Assembly: GCA_048884965.1 (NCBI GenBank)
Contig: JBHLQH010000023.1
Coordinates: 1-50,264, forward strand
From: Candidatus Thorarchaeota archaeon
GTDB lineage: Archaea; Asgardarchaeota; Thorarchaeia; Thorarchaeales; Thorarchaeaceae
Length of the DNA: 50,264 bases
Reading direction: 5' to 3'
The translations under genes and the position numbers were made by a program. How positions within the stretch are numbered: position 1 is the first letter of the stretch; each line of letters begins with the position of its first letter. Of the stretch, positions 18,319 through 27,648 are shown piece by piece. The notes under the pieces were generated by a model. It was given only the letters and a program-made list of their open reading frames with translations, searched no databases and was not told the origin of the DNA.

Positions 18319-20643
18319 CTATTGACCGGGTCCACCTAAGTACAGAGCTATAAGCTCCGATTCGCCCTTGTAAGTGGGTTCTTGGTCTCGGCTAACTCGT
18401 TGTCGATTGTCCCACGTACTTCGAGCGAGAAGGTCAGCCGTCTTTGCCTTGCCATCCACATTCTGTGCCGCTTGCATGTCGCCAACCTGTTGGAACACTT
18501 GAGCGGCCACATTATAGTTGCCAACAGCCTCCCTAAATTGGTCCTTGGCATCATCAAAGTATCTTCCTGCCTTTGACTTCTCGCCCTTCTTTGAGAGATA
18601 CTCTCCCATGAAGTCATTCTTGGCACCCTCAAGTCGGTAGAGGTCTCCCTTGAACTTCAGAACAACTCCGTTCAATTGCTGTACCTGCGCATCGACACTG
18701 TTCTTAGTCCGTATCAATTGTCCTTGAACAGCATTCAATTCCTTGGAAGCTGATTCAAAGGAGGCAATCGCATGCTTGATCCTGACGATTGTAGAATCAT
18801 GAGCCATTATGGCATCCTCGATATTCTCATTCTCATCATCGAATTGTACCATCTCATCTTCAAGCCTAGCGAAGGAGTTGGCTCGTTCTATCTGTGCCCT
18901 GAATGCCCACTGTTCTGATTGCCTCGCAAAGACCTGCGCCTCTGAGGCAAAAGCTGTTGCTAAGGCCAACTTACCTAGGTCTTGGAGTTCGTCAGCGGTT
19001 TCAGCGCTTCCTATGATTCGGTAATAGGTGGATGCTTCCTTTGCGTGAAGGTTCTCAAGGATTCTTGACATAATGAACTTGACCCCATGCTGCAGCTGGG
19101 AACTCAACTTGAACTGAATCACATACTTCACATTATTCAAGAGAGCAAGAGTCTTGTTCCTCAAGTGGACGACATCCTTGTCTTCGGTTTCAAGACTCAG
19201 GAGTATTCCAAGACTAATCAAAGCCTCCCGTATTGCCTCCAAAGCCTCGGATGGGTCTTCGCCAAGATCCTCTGATGCGGCGTCAAGAGATTTATTGACA
19301 TCTTGAATCAGCCCTTCTTTTCGAAGGTCTTGGGCAAAGGCGATCTGTTCTGTTATACTCCGCACATCAGATTGTTTTTTCTTCAGGAGTTCCTCTACAA
19401 AGGAGAAGATTCGAAGATTCTCCCTAATTGCAGCGGTAAGTTCCCTTGTCTTTGAAAGCTTCTCTGCTTTCTTCAGGTCTTTGAATATCTCACCGAGAAT
19501 CTTGAAGGCCTCATTAGAGTTGTTCACCTCAAGTAAGTCTGAAAGTGTCTGGACAGATGCCTCTGCTTTACAGAATAGCGCTTGTGCCCTTTTTTGTTCT
19601 TTATCTTGCCGTGATTGATCTGCATTCCCTTGAAGCACCACGACCTCCGCGAATAGCTTCTCTGCACGACCAAAAGCATCAGACGCTGTGAGATAGAGCT
19701 TGGAAGCATCTTCAAGATTCCCCGCGCGCATCTGTGCATCTGCAATATCATTGTATGTCATCCCAAGATACACCTCGCTCAGTCCTGCAGTATTGTGCTT
19801 CCATGCTTTCAATTGCGCGAGCTTCTGCTTATCCAATGATTTTGCTTTGTTGAAGTGTGGAAGTGCTTCATTATACAAATCAGTTGCCTGCTCAAAGATG
19901 AATGAGCTAAGGATATCTCGCCAAATTAGTTCGTCGAAGGGGTTGAATGCTTGTCTGAAAGTGCTCTCCTGATTAATCAGCTCATTTACGAACTCGTCAT
20001 AGAATTCTGCCTCAGCGCTCTTGTTCTTCCCAAGGATCTCTGACAGTTCTCTATTGTCTTTCTCTAATGCGTCCTTAATGAGACCATAGGCTTTGTAGCC
20101 TAGTGCAACCCTACGTAGCTTTTGTGTTCCATCTACTGTGGCGGGGACAGCTGAGAAGGGCTTCTCAAGCATCGTATAGACCTTCGCAAGATGCCGTGAG
20201 GCATTCTTCTTCTTGTCCTCATGCTCCTGAGCCATGAATGGACCACTTGCAGCGGCAGCCTGATGAAGCCATGATAGGACTTTTGCCATCCATACATCAG
20301 CGAGATTGCTTTGTGCTTGAGCTTGAATCTCCTTCATCGCTTCTTCCAATTGCTCACGAGTTTCTCCATCTGCGTTAGCAAGACGATTCCTAATGTATGC
20401 TAGATCGAATTCTTCTCCCATTATCTCCTCGCTAAATGTTGCCACTTCATCATAGAGTGTGGTGAAGCTGTCATGCATAACCAGCCTCTTGCTTTCAAGC
20501 CCGTCCTTGTCATCAATATCGTGAAGGGCGAAATCTCTTACTGCTTCTTGTGCCTCTGCATTGAGTTCGAATAGTCTACTCGTATAAACAACAACTTCAG
20601 GGGTGCTTGCTGCATCCCTTCCGCTTTTGGTAGTATTGCTCAA
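18319..20643 (-). CDS. Large all-alpha-helical protein with TPR/SNAP-like helical repeats; function unknown
   Basis: 774 aa, Ala/Glu/Leu/Lys-rich, no TM segment. Units such as GNLEDASKLYLTASDAF and GEKSKAGRYFDDAKDQFREAVGNYNVAAQVF. Confidence 0.65.
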   Translation of the reverse strand: MSNTTKSGRDAASTPEVVVYTSRLFELNAEAQEAVRDFALHDIDDKDGLESKRLVMHDSFTTLYDEVATFSEEIMGEEFDLAYIRNRLANADGETREQLEEAMKEIQAQAQSNLADVWMAKVLSWLHQAAAASGPFMAQEHEDKKKNASRHLAKVYTMLEKPFSAVPATVDGTQKLRRVALGYKAYGLIKDALEKDNRELSEILGKNKSAEAEFYDEFVNELINQESTFRQAFNPFDELIWRDILSSFIFEQATDLYNEALPHFNKAKSLDKQKLAQLKAWKHNTAGLSEVYLGMTYNDIADAQMRAGNLEDASKLYLTASDAFGRAEKLFAEVVVLQGNADQSRQDKEQKRAQALFCKAEASVQTLSDLLEVNNSNEAFKILGEIFKDLKKAEKLSKTRELTAAIRENLRIFSFVEELLKKKQSDVRSITEQIAFAQDLRKEGLIQDVNKSLDAASEDLGEDPSEALEAIREALISLGILLSLETEDKDVVHLRNKTLALLNNVKYVIQFKLSSQLQHGVKFIMSRILENLHAKEASTYYRIIGSAETADELQDLGKLALATAFASEAQVFARQSEQWAFRAQIERANSFARLEDEMVQFDDENENIEDAIMAHDSTIVRIKHAIASFESASKELNAVQGQLIRTKNSVDAQVQQLNGVVLKFKGDLYRLEGAKNDFMGEYLSKKGEKSKAGRYFDDAKDQFREAVGNYNVAAQVFQQVGDMQAAQNVDGKAKTADLLARSTWDNRQRVSRDQEPTYKGESELIALYLGGPGQ

Positions 20644-20736
20644 GTCTGTCCTCTCAAATCCTGAATAATGAGGGATTGCACGACCTTATACTTAAGAATA
20701 CCTGAACATCTACAGATGCACTATTGCGATCTGTTT

Positions 20737-21105
20737 CTATTCGTCCACAGCCCGAAATTTGATCTCTCTTCCATCACGGTACTTGACTAGGTGCCCTTCA
20801 TCAGCAAGCTTGTTCAATACCTCGCTGGTTCTAGAACGTGACTTGCCCCATTTCTTCGCTGCTTCTGCAGCACTGAGGCCATCATCGGTTCTCTCCAGCA
20901 TTCCCATCAATCGAAGCCAGCTTGCGTCATAGTCCAGACAATTCTCAGAATTAGTGAAGATTTTGTAGGTATCGTTACCTTCTTCGGTCTTTTCACTTGA
21001 TACTGTGGTCTTCAAATCGTCGATTGTTCTTGTAAGATCCGAAACTGTATCTCTTAGAGTCCTGATTTCCTTTCGCAGCTTCTCGATTTCTGCATCCTTG
21101 TTCAT
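20737..21105 (-). CDS. Coiled-coil plus winged helix-turn-helix DNA-binding protein
   Basis: N-terminal heptads (IEKLRKEIRTLRDTVSDLTRTIDDL); C-terminal GLSAAEAAKKWGKSRSRTSEVLNKLADEGHLVKYRDGREIKF wHTH. Confidence 0.8.
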   Translation of the reverse strand: MNKDAEIEKLRKEIRTLRDTVSDLTRTIDDLKTTVSSEKTEEGNDTYKIFTNSENCLDYDASWLRLMGMLERTDDGLSAAEAAKKWGKSRSRTSEVLNKLADEGHLVKYRDGREIKFRAVDE

Positions 21106-21120
21106 TTCTACTTCCCCCAG

Positions 21121-21486
21121 CTACTTGTAGTCCTTCTTGAATTCGAGATAGGCCCGTTTCTTCTTCTCTTTCTCAGAGATCTCCTTCGCACCATTCTCTC
21201 TCATGGCCCTTATTTCCTCTGGTGGTTGATACGATTCTAAATCGTGGTTCTGCGCTGGCGCGACTGTTCCACTCTCTTGTTTTGATTCTTCCATTATGGC
21301 TTCGGCCTGAGACTTCATCCTAGGTGCGGAAGTTTCCTCTTTGAGGACCTTCTCCATGGGGTTCTTCACACGAATAGTCTCTGCACAGTCAATACAACCA
21401 TATTCTTCCTCTTTGGCAAGTAGAACGTCTTCGAGAATCTCCTTTGTTTCCTTTGAGCACTTGCCTCTCTTATGCTTGTACGTCAT
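21121..21486 (-). CDS. Small charged hypothetical protein with a CxxC motif
   Basis: 121 aa, with GCIDC plus a further Cys and His near the N-terminus. Co-oriented between trmI and the wHTH gene. Confidence 0.6.
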   Translation of the reverse strand: MTYKHKRGKCSKETKEILEDVLLAKEEEYGCIDCAETIRVKNPMEKVLKEETSAPRMKSQAEAIMEESKQESGTVAPAQNHDLESYQPPEEIRAMRENGAKEISEKEKKKRAYLEFKKDYK

Positions 21487-21583
21487 ATATCATAGCCCAC
21501 CGTCACTTATCGACAACAATCGTCAACAATCAACGGCATGTATTCCATCACATCTTGATATAAGGTTTTGTACGCACCTTCTG

Positions 21584-22366
21584 CTATTCCTCTCCTGCCA
21601 GAGCTCGTGCGAAGGTAATGTAGCCAGTATGTGCTACCATCCAGGTCGTAGGACGAGTCTTGCCCTCACGAACCATAATCTCCCGTTCAAGAATCTCCAA
21701 TGTCTTGAGCATTCCCCATTTGCCGCTCTCGCCCATTGCTGTGCAGGTCTTCATTACTTGTTCGATGGTCGGACTATAGCTAGCGATGAAGTGGCTGGGC
21801 TTCAATACACGATGTGCATCATCCATGAGTAACCATGGTGTTGCTAGATCAAGGACTATGGCATCAATATCCTCCTCTTGAATGCCATCCAAGATATCTC
21901 GATTGTGCATCGTTATGCGGCCCATATCTGCATACTTCTCAAGGTTCTTCTTTGCTCCATTATACATGTCCTCACGAATCTCATATGTATAGACATGCCC
22001 TTGGGAACCTACCGCATTGGATAGTACCCATGTGAGCGAACCTGAGCCAGTGCCTGATTCCACCACCCGCGAACCCGCAAAGATGCCTGCTTCATTGATG
22101 ATGGTTGCAGCATCCTTTGGATAAATGATTTGGGTATTCCTTCCCATGGATATCTGAATGTCATTCTGGCTTGGTCTATGCACTTGGAATATGGTGCCTG
22201 AGTGACTCTTGACACGAATGCCAAACGGACGACCGATGATGTCATCAAAGGCAATGATGCCCTTATTCGAGTGGAATTGCTCCCCTGCCTTTACCTTTCT
22301 GATCCAATTCCTCTTTGCATCGAGGAAGATGTAGACATATGAGCCATCGACGATAGTGTTTGACAT
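21584..22366 (-). CDS. trmI: tRNA (adenine-N1)-methyltransferase TrmI (Gcd14 family)
   Basis: TQIIYPKD, VESGTGSGSLT, YEIRED, LDLATPW, YSPTIEQV, TRP...AHTGY. Confidence 0.95.
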   Translation of the reverse strand: MSNTIVDGSYVYIFLDAKRNWIRKVKAGEQFHSNKGIIAFDDIIGRPFGIRVKSHSGTIFQVHRPSQNDIQISMGRNTQIIYPKDAATIINEAGIFAGSRVVESGTGSGSLTWVLSNAVGSQGHVYTYEIREDMYNGAKKNLEKYADMGRITMHNRDILDGIQEEDIDAIVLDLATPWLLMDDAHRVLKPSHFIASYSPTIEQVMKTCTAMGESGKWGMLKTLEILEREIMVREGKTRPTTWMVAHTGYITFARALAGEE

Positions 22367-22479
22367 GGCAAGAAGGCGATTTCATTCCGTTTTGAGTCTT
22401 GCTAAGTGTTCTGAATGAAAAGGCGCCGAGCACCAAAGCTTTATTCGATTTCGACCATCAACGAACTGGAGGGTGCCAG

Positions 22480-24681
22480 TTGGACGAACGCGATATACCA
22501 CCTGAAATGGAAGATGAACTTGATTCAGAGACTGATGAGATGGATGGTCAACCTCCTGGACTCGATGAGCAACCTCCCGAGCCCATGAAGAAGATACCTA
22601 AGAGTGTACTAGAATACCATCCGCGTGTAGAGGCATCCTTGGACCTTCTAGTTGATGAAGACCTCGGAGTCGTCCTTGGAAGGACAGCGTCGTTCCACAA
22701 AAAATACCCCCGACACGGTTTAGGAATGATCGGTGCGGTCTCTGAAACTTCTGATGATGTCCTTACATCTCTCTTTGGAATGCCAGTTCATCTCGATTTG
22801 ATGAGCCCCCATGTTCTTTTCGTGGCTGGCAAGAGAGGTTCTGGCAAGAGCTATACATTGGGTATCATTGCAGAGGAATTGGCTCTTGCCATGGAGCGCC
22901 AAGAGATTGAAGTTGCTGGGATCGTTATTGATACGGTGGATGTCTTTCGTCAGATGACGGACCCCAATGAGAGCCAAGAGTCCCTATTGAAGAAATGGGG
23001 CCTTGAAACAAGAGGTCTTGCTGCTGCGGTCTATATCCCACGAAGTACTTACCTTGGTCTGCCTGACGAGGTGAAGAAGAAGGAACATCTATACCCACTG
23101 GCAATTAGCCCTAGAGAGCTTACGAACAGCGATTGGGGCTATGTACTGGAGAAGGGTGGTCAGCTTAGTACAACCATGGACAACTTGATAGGAGAAGTTC
23201 TTGAATCGGTTCGCAAGGGCTATTTCCTTGAGAATGGTGCGAAGGTTCCGCTGAAACGGGACTTTAGCATCAAGGACATGATTCGCTGTATCGAGGAGAA
23301 TCCACGTATCATTGAGCTCTACCAGATATCCACACGTACTGCTCTAATCCAGCGATTAAAGAGTGCTGATAGATTGGGGGTGTTCTATGTTGGTGGGACC
23401 AGCGCACAGGATCTAGCTGTGGGTGGACAGATTACTATCATTGATGTCGCTCCTCTAGGCTCTGATGCCGAAGCTGTGCTCGCAATACTGACGAACATGC
23501 TTTGCAGACAGGTTCTTACCTACCGGATGGCATGGACTGATGATGGAACCAGTGCACGAGAGGAGCTTCCTCCAACTTGGTTGATAATCGATGAAGCTCA
23601 TACACTTGTGCCAAGAGGTGGCAGTACTCCTGCCAAAGATGCAATCATTGGCTACGCCAAGCTTGGAAGGAGATTCGGTTGCAGTCTTGTCCTTTGCACA
23701 CAGCAGCCATCTGCAGTATCTGATGATGCAATATCTCAGGCTGATTTGATCATCTCTCATTCACTTTCTCACGATGGAGATATCCGTGCGTTGCAGCAGA
23801 GGGCTCCAGCGGTCATGCTAGATATGTTCCGTGATAAGACCTTCATCAGTAGCCTTCCACGAGGAGTTGCTTTGGTCTTCGATCAAGTGACCGAGAATAA
23901 ACGAGGATTCATCATGCAGGTACGTCCCAGGGTATCCCAACATGGAGGATCAGATAGGCTCTCTGGTCTTTTTGAAGCTGCACGTTTGATTGCCCCTGAT
24001 AGACGCTATGAGGATGATCAGTTCGCTGAAGAGGAGGAACACATGGAAGATGAGCCAATGGAAGGATTGCCTGATGTTCCGAGGCCCCCATTGCAGCTCA
24101 GCAAGGATGATTGGAAGGTTCTTGACGATTGGATGAAGAGGTATGTGGAGCATCTCTTCAAAGAACAGAAGCAAGACTACCAGCTAACCGATACACCTGC
24201 TCCTCGTACTGATATAGAGAAGCCATCTATCTCAGCTGATGAGGTCGACCTTCCTGATGAAGACATAGAGATCGATTTTGATTTTGACTCGATAGAGATC
24301 AAATCATTTCCCGCTTTGGGAAGACCGCTCCTAGAGAAAGCGATGCGTCGCAAGGTTCTCTACAGTCCACATTCTCACGAATTCCTATTTGGGTTTGAGG
24401 TCAAGCATAGAGAGGCTGAATCAATACAAAGCGTTGGCGTAGACCCGATTCGCTTGCTCAATAAGGTCCTTGCTGTTCTAGTTGCAGCAGGTTTGAGCAT
24501 CATTAGGACTCATACAGATAATGGATTCTCATACGTCTTCCTGCGGAAAGATGGACTAAGAGCGTCTGTATCCATTGGAGTCAGTCTGGATGCTGTCAGT
24601 ATCCCTATCGTGATAGTTGGGGATAATCAGAAGCAAGTGACCTCCACAATGGATAAGATCAGATTGGCTCAAGGTCGTTAG
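22480..24681 (+). CDS. HerA/FtsK-superfamily (DUF87) ATPase with acidic linkers and an extra C-terminal domain
   Basis: PHVLFVAGKRGSGKS (Walker A), IIDEAH (Walker B), GRRFG (Arg finger), TQQPS. GGAGG precedes the TTG at 22480. Confidence 0.85.
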   Translation: MDERDIPPEMEDELDSETDEMDGQPPGLDEQPPEPMKKIPKSVLEYHPRVEASLDLLVDEDLGVVLGRTASFHKKYPRHGLGMIGAVSETSDDVLTSLFGMPVHLDLMSPHVLFVAGKRGSGKSYTLGIIAEELALAMERQEIEVAGIVIDTVDVFRQMTDPNESQESLLKKWGLETRGLAAAVYIPRSTYLGLPDEVKKKEHLYPLAISPRELTNSDWGYVLEKGGQLSTTMDNLIGEVLESVRKGYFLENGAKVPLKRDFSIKDMIRCIEENPRIIELYQISTRTALIQRLKSADRLGVFYVGGTSAQDLAVGGQITIIDVAPLGSDAEAVLAILTNMLCRQVLTYRMAWTDDGTSAREELPPTWLIIDEAHTLVPRGGSTPAKDAIIGYAKLGRRFGCSLVLCTQQPSAVSDDAISQADLIISHSLSHDGDIRALQQRAPAVMLDMFRDKTFISSLPRGVALVFDQVTENKRGFIMQVRPRVSQHGGSDRLSGLFEAARLIAPDRRYEDDQFAEEEEHMEDEPMEGLPDVPRPPLQLSKDDWKVLDDWMKRYVEHLFKEQKQDYQLTDTPAPRTDIEKPSISADEVDLPDEDIEIDFDFDSIEIKSFPALGRPLLEKAMRRKVLYSPHSHEFLFGFEVKHREAESIQSVGVDPIRLLNKVLAVLVAAGLSIIRTHTDNGFSYVFLRKDGLRASVSIGVSLDAVSIPIVIVGDNQKQVTSTMDKIRLAQGR

Positions 24682-24749
24682 GATTAGGCATGACGATGCT
24701 TGATGAATGTCCTTATAAGGTGCCAAGGAAGGAACCACCTTGATAAACG

Positions 24750-25106
24750 ATGAGCAAATCTGACATCCGTCCCCCGGTGAATCTAAAAATCTCTTCAATG
24801 ACGGATCTGGCTAGAATGCTAGTTTCATGGTCCCAAAGAGATAGACCCGCCAGTATGTTATACTTCGAGTACCAAGGAAAGCACATCTACGGTACCTTGA
24901 TCTCGAATCATGGATACTATGAGATGTACGGATTGCCATTGTGGATATACATAGAGTACGATGGCCCTCCTGCAGGTAATTTCCTTGCCTACAAAGCTCG
25001 ACCAAAGGAAAGTATCGAGTTCCTTGATACCATAGACTCTGAACCAATGGTCGTACATCTTCCCATTATCCGACTTGCAGAGAAGATGGAAATCCTCGAT
25101 CTCTAG
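24750..25106 (+). CDS. Conserved small archaeal protein (resembles the so-called 'cren protein' family)
   Basis: LKISSMTDLARML, KHIYG, GLPLWIY and LPIIRL pattern; family resemblance recalled from memory only. Confidence 0.5.
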   Translation: MSKSDIRPPVNLKISSMTDLARMLVSWSQRDRPASMLYFEYQGKHIYGTLISNHGYYEMYGLPLWIYIEYDGPPAGNFLAYKARPKESIEFLDTIDSEPMVVHLPIIRLAEKMEILDL

Positions 25107-25119
25107 ATAGTCTTCAATG

Positions 25120-25560
25120 CTACCTATCCATAGTTGACCAGAATGTCTTGGTGTTGTCTTTCAACCAACATTTCAGATCAGTGACAATAAGGTCGTGGTC
25201 AAAGGCTAGATCTCCCGATTTCAAGTCCTCAAGATTATACCATTTTGCATCGTCTGCATCATCTCCGCCCTGAGGGTTGCCGGTCAATGGTCGGGATAAG
25301 AACACGATATTCACATGATGGCTTCTTGGGTCCCTGTCAGGGGCTGAATAGACTCCAAGCACCCCTGTGATCTCTACTTCCATCCCAGTTTCTTCCATCG
25401 CCTCTCGCACAGCTGCATGCTCTGCAGGTTCTCCATAGTCAATGAATCCCCCTGGGAAGACCCATTTACCCTTGAAGGGGTCTCGTCCGCGTTTCACAAG
25501 AACAACTCTTGTTCCGTCTGTGATGACGACATCAATTGTCGGTGTCGGATTCTTGTACAT
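25120..25560 (-). CDS. Nudix hydrolase (ADP-ribose pyrophosphatase-like)
   Basis: Nudix box GGFIDYGEPAEHAAVREAMEETG, plus RDPR, GDDA and LAFDH. Confidence 0.92.
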   Translation of the reverse strand: MYKNPTPTIDVVITDGTRVVLVKRGRDPFKGKWVFPGGFIDYGEPAEHAAVREAMEETGMEVEITGVLGVYSAPDRDPRSHHVNIVFLSRPLTGNPQGGDDADDAKWYNLEDLKSGDLAFDHDLIVTDLKCWLKDNTKTFWSTMDR

Positions 25561-25561
25561 A

Positions 25562-26608
25562 CTAGTACATCTCCCTTGAAGACGCTCTAAGGTAGTTTGC
25601 CGCAAAGATACTGGCGAAGAGCAAGAATGCCATCCATACAGTCAAGGTCACGATGAGTACATCAAGCTTGAAGAATATCTCAACGATTAGGAAGAGACCG
25701 ACAATGATGATGTTCACAGGACCTCCAATCGTTGTATCGTTCGCTACACCAAGGCGCTTTTTGATTAGGATCATAATCGCAACAATTGCTAAAGATACCC
25801 AGTTGATGAAGTTGAAGAACAACCAGGACATATCTAGGAATGGAATTGAGTACCCGAAAGGTGTAGGTATTGGAGGCAGGTAAAGAACTAGGAATATCAG
25901 GAACAGCATAATTTCCCCGAACCTGATCCACCGTGTTGGTGTTTTTGTGTACACAGTCCCGTAGACACCCTTGTCATACTCCTGTGCTCCGAAGTAGATG
26001 AAATATATCGGTGCTCCAAAACTTAAGGCATTTACAAGGCATTGTGCAAAGCCATAGACCACCTTGAACCAGAAGGTGCTCCAAGCTGTAAGGATTTGCT
26101 CCCATACCTGTAGGTAGTTGGGGATGAACTGAATAGCTACAATTGCTGGCAGTACACACAAAGAGAGTGCAACTATTCCTGCAATGAACGAGGCTGGTTT
26201 TCCTCCACCCATCTTACCTACGCCAATTGTATGGAACACATGGTATGCAACATAGAGTCCTGAGAGTATTGCAAGTGGGGAGATTATCATTGGCAGGAGG
26301 AAGAACCCGATGACAAAGGCTGCATTGGACCCATAGAATATTCTCCATCGTAGAGGAACTGCATCAATTGTGTCATCCATGTGATAGAATGTGTTGGACA
26401 GTCGATATCTCTGATAGTAGATGTGACCTACCCAAGTGAGGGAAAAGATGATCGGGGTCGCAACATAATTGAACAGAAGATCATATGTTGGCTCCGCAAA
26501 TGGTGTCATTTGGAAGGGGAGTGCAATCATAAGGAGAAAGAAGTAGATAGGACCTACCATAGCAAGCAATACAACCATGAGTCGAGTATACAACCAATCT
26601 GGAGACAC
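25562..26608 (-). CDS. Multi-pass membrane protein of unknown function
   Basis: About 9-10 hydrophobic helices; ends 1 nt before the Nudix start. Confidence 0.7.
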   Translation of the reverse strand: MSPDWLYTRLMVVLLAMVGPIYFFLLMIALPFQMTPFAEPTYDLLFNYVATPIIFSLTWVGHIYYQRYRLSNTFYHMDDTIDAVPLRWRIFYGSNAAFVIGFFLLPMIISPLAILSGLYVAYHVFHTIGVGKMGGGKPASFIAGIVALSLCVLPAIVAIQFIPNYLQVWEQILTAWSTFWFKVVYGFAQCLVNALSFGAPIYFIYFGAQEYDKGVYGTVYTKTPTRWIRFGEIMLFLIFLVLYLPPIPTPFGYSIPFLDMSWLFFNFINWVSLAIVAIMILIKKRLGVANDTTIGGPVNIIIVGLFLIVEIFFKLDVLIVTLTVWMAFLLFASIFAANYLRASSREMY

Positions 26609-26695
26609 GATTCCTCACCAGTTCTGTTTGCTATCGCATCTCATATAAAGTATGATAACATTATTGTACACTGCGTATCAGGAGTATTGAGGAAG

Positions 26696-27478
26696 ATGTA
26701 CAAACGCAAACTCGCCGCTGCCAGCTTTGTAAGGAAGAGCAAATTGATCATAGGTCTTGATCTTGTTGCTGATATGTCTGGAACCGTTGCTGAGCGCACA
26801 AGTGAGAAGAACCGTCTTGAGCGTGAGGCAATTAGTATAGTCGAAGCGACTGCAGAATTCGCTGTCGCTTTCAAAATCAACCGCCAGCTAGCACTACCTC
26901 TTGGCCTCTTTGATGGGATTCCACGTGTTCTGGATAGGATTCATGACCTTGGATTGACAGCCATCATGGATTGCAAGATCAACGACATAGGGAATACCAA
27001 TGAGCACATTGCTCGGTACTACTATGAGGCTGGCTTTGACGCGGTCATAGCCAATCCCTTTGTTGGATGGGAGGGAGGCCTTGATTCTGTGATGAAGGTC
27101 GCTCAGGACATGCAACGAGGTGTGATTACCTTGTGCTACATGTCACATCCTGCATCCCACGAAGGATACGGTCTCTATGCTTCTGACAACCCGAAAGGGA
27201 AGGATGCAGAAGCCATCTATGTCACATTCGCAAAACGCGCGAGGAAGTGGGATGTCGATGGTGTGATCGTTGGAGCCACATATCCAGAGAAGATCAAGGA
27301 GGTAAAGAGATACCTCGGAGATGATATCCCAATAATTAGTCCCGGTGTTGGCGCTCAAGGTGCAAGTGCAAAGGACGCCCTTGATGCTGGAGCATCATAT
27401 GTCATTGTGGCAAGAGCGATCGTTACTGCTGAGGATCCAGCAGCTGCCGCCAGACGCGCATTGGATGAGATGAAATAA
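26696..27478 (+). CDS. pyrF: Orotidine-5'-phosphate decarboxylase
   Basis: IIGLD, FKIN, DCKINDIGNT (DxKxxDIxNT), VGAT, SPGVGAQG. The N-terminal extension in the ORF track is the antisense of the neighbouring gene. Confidence 0.93.
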   Translation: MYKRKLAAASFVRKSKLIIGLDLVADMSGTVAERTSEKNRLEREAISIVEATAEFAVAFKINRQLALPLGLFDGIPRVLDRIHDLGLTAIMDCKINDIGNTNEHIARYYYEAGFDAVIANPFVGWEGGLDSVMKVAQDMQRGVITLCYMSHPASHEGYGLYASDNPKGKDAEAIYVTFAKRARKWDVDGVIVGATYPEKIKEVKRYLGDDIPIISPGVGAQGASAKDALDAGASYVIVARAIVTAEDPAAAARRALDEMK

Positions 27479-27648
27479 CGTACAGAAGTGCGCATCATGC
27501 CTCATTTCAGAGCCCTTCAAGTCGTTCTACGTTGGAAAAGGATATAGGCAAGGTTTTCGTGACGATACATGGGTCATGTGCACTTGTGTACATACATCTG
27601 ACTAGTGTATCATCTAACATTAACTCACAGTCAACGGAGTAAATCCAA

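Noticed and set aside
22480-25106. HerA-NurA repair module or a HerA-based anti-phage system
   Set aside because: No NurA, SIR2 or other nuclease partner is adjacent, and the context is housekeeping rather than a defence island.
26381-26695. Long N-terminal extension of PyrF in the ORF track (and similar extensions on atpI, Nudix, HerA and the 8395 ORF)
   Set aside because: They overlap neighbouring genes or promoter regions; downstream starts match family lengths or SD motifs.
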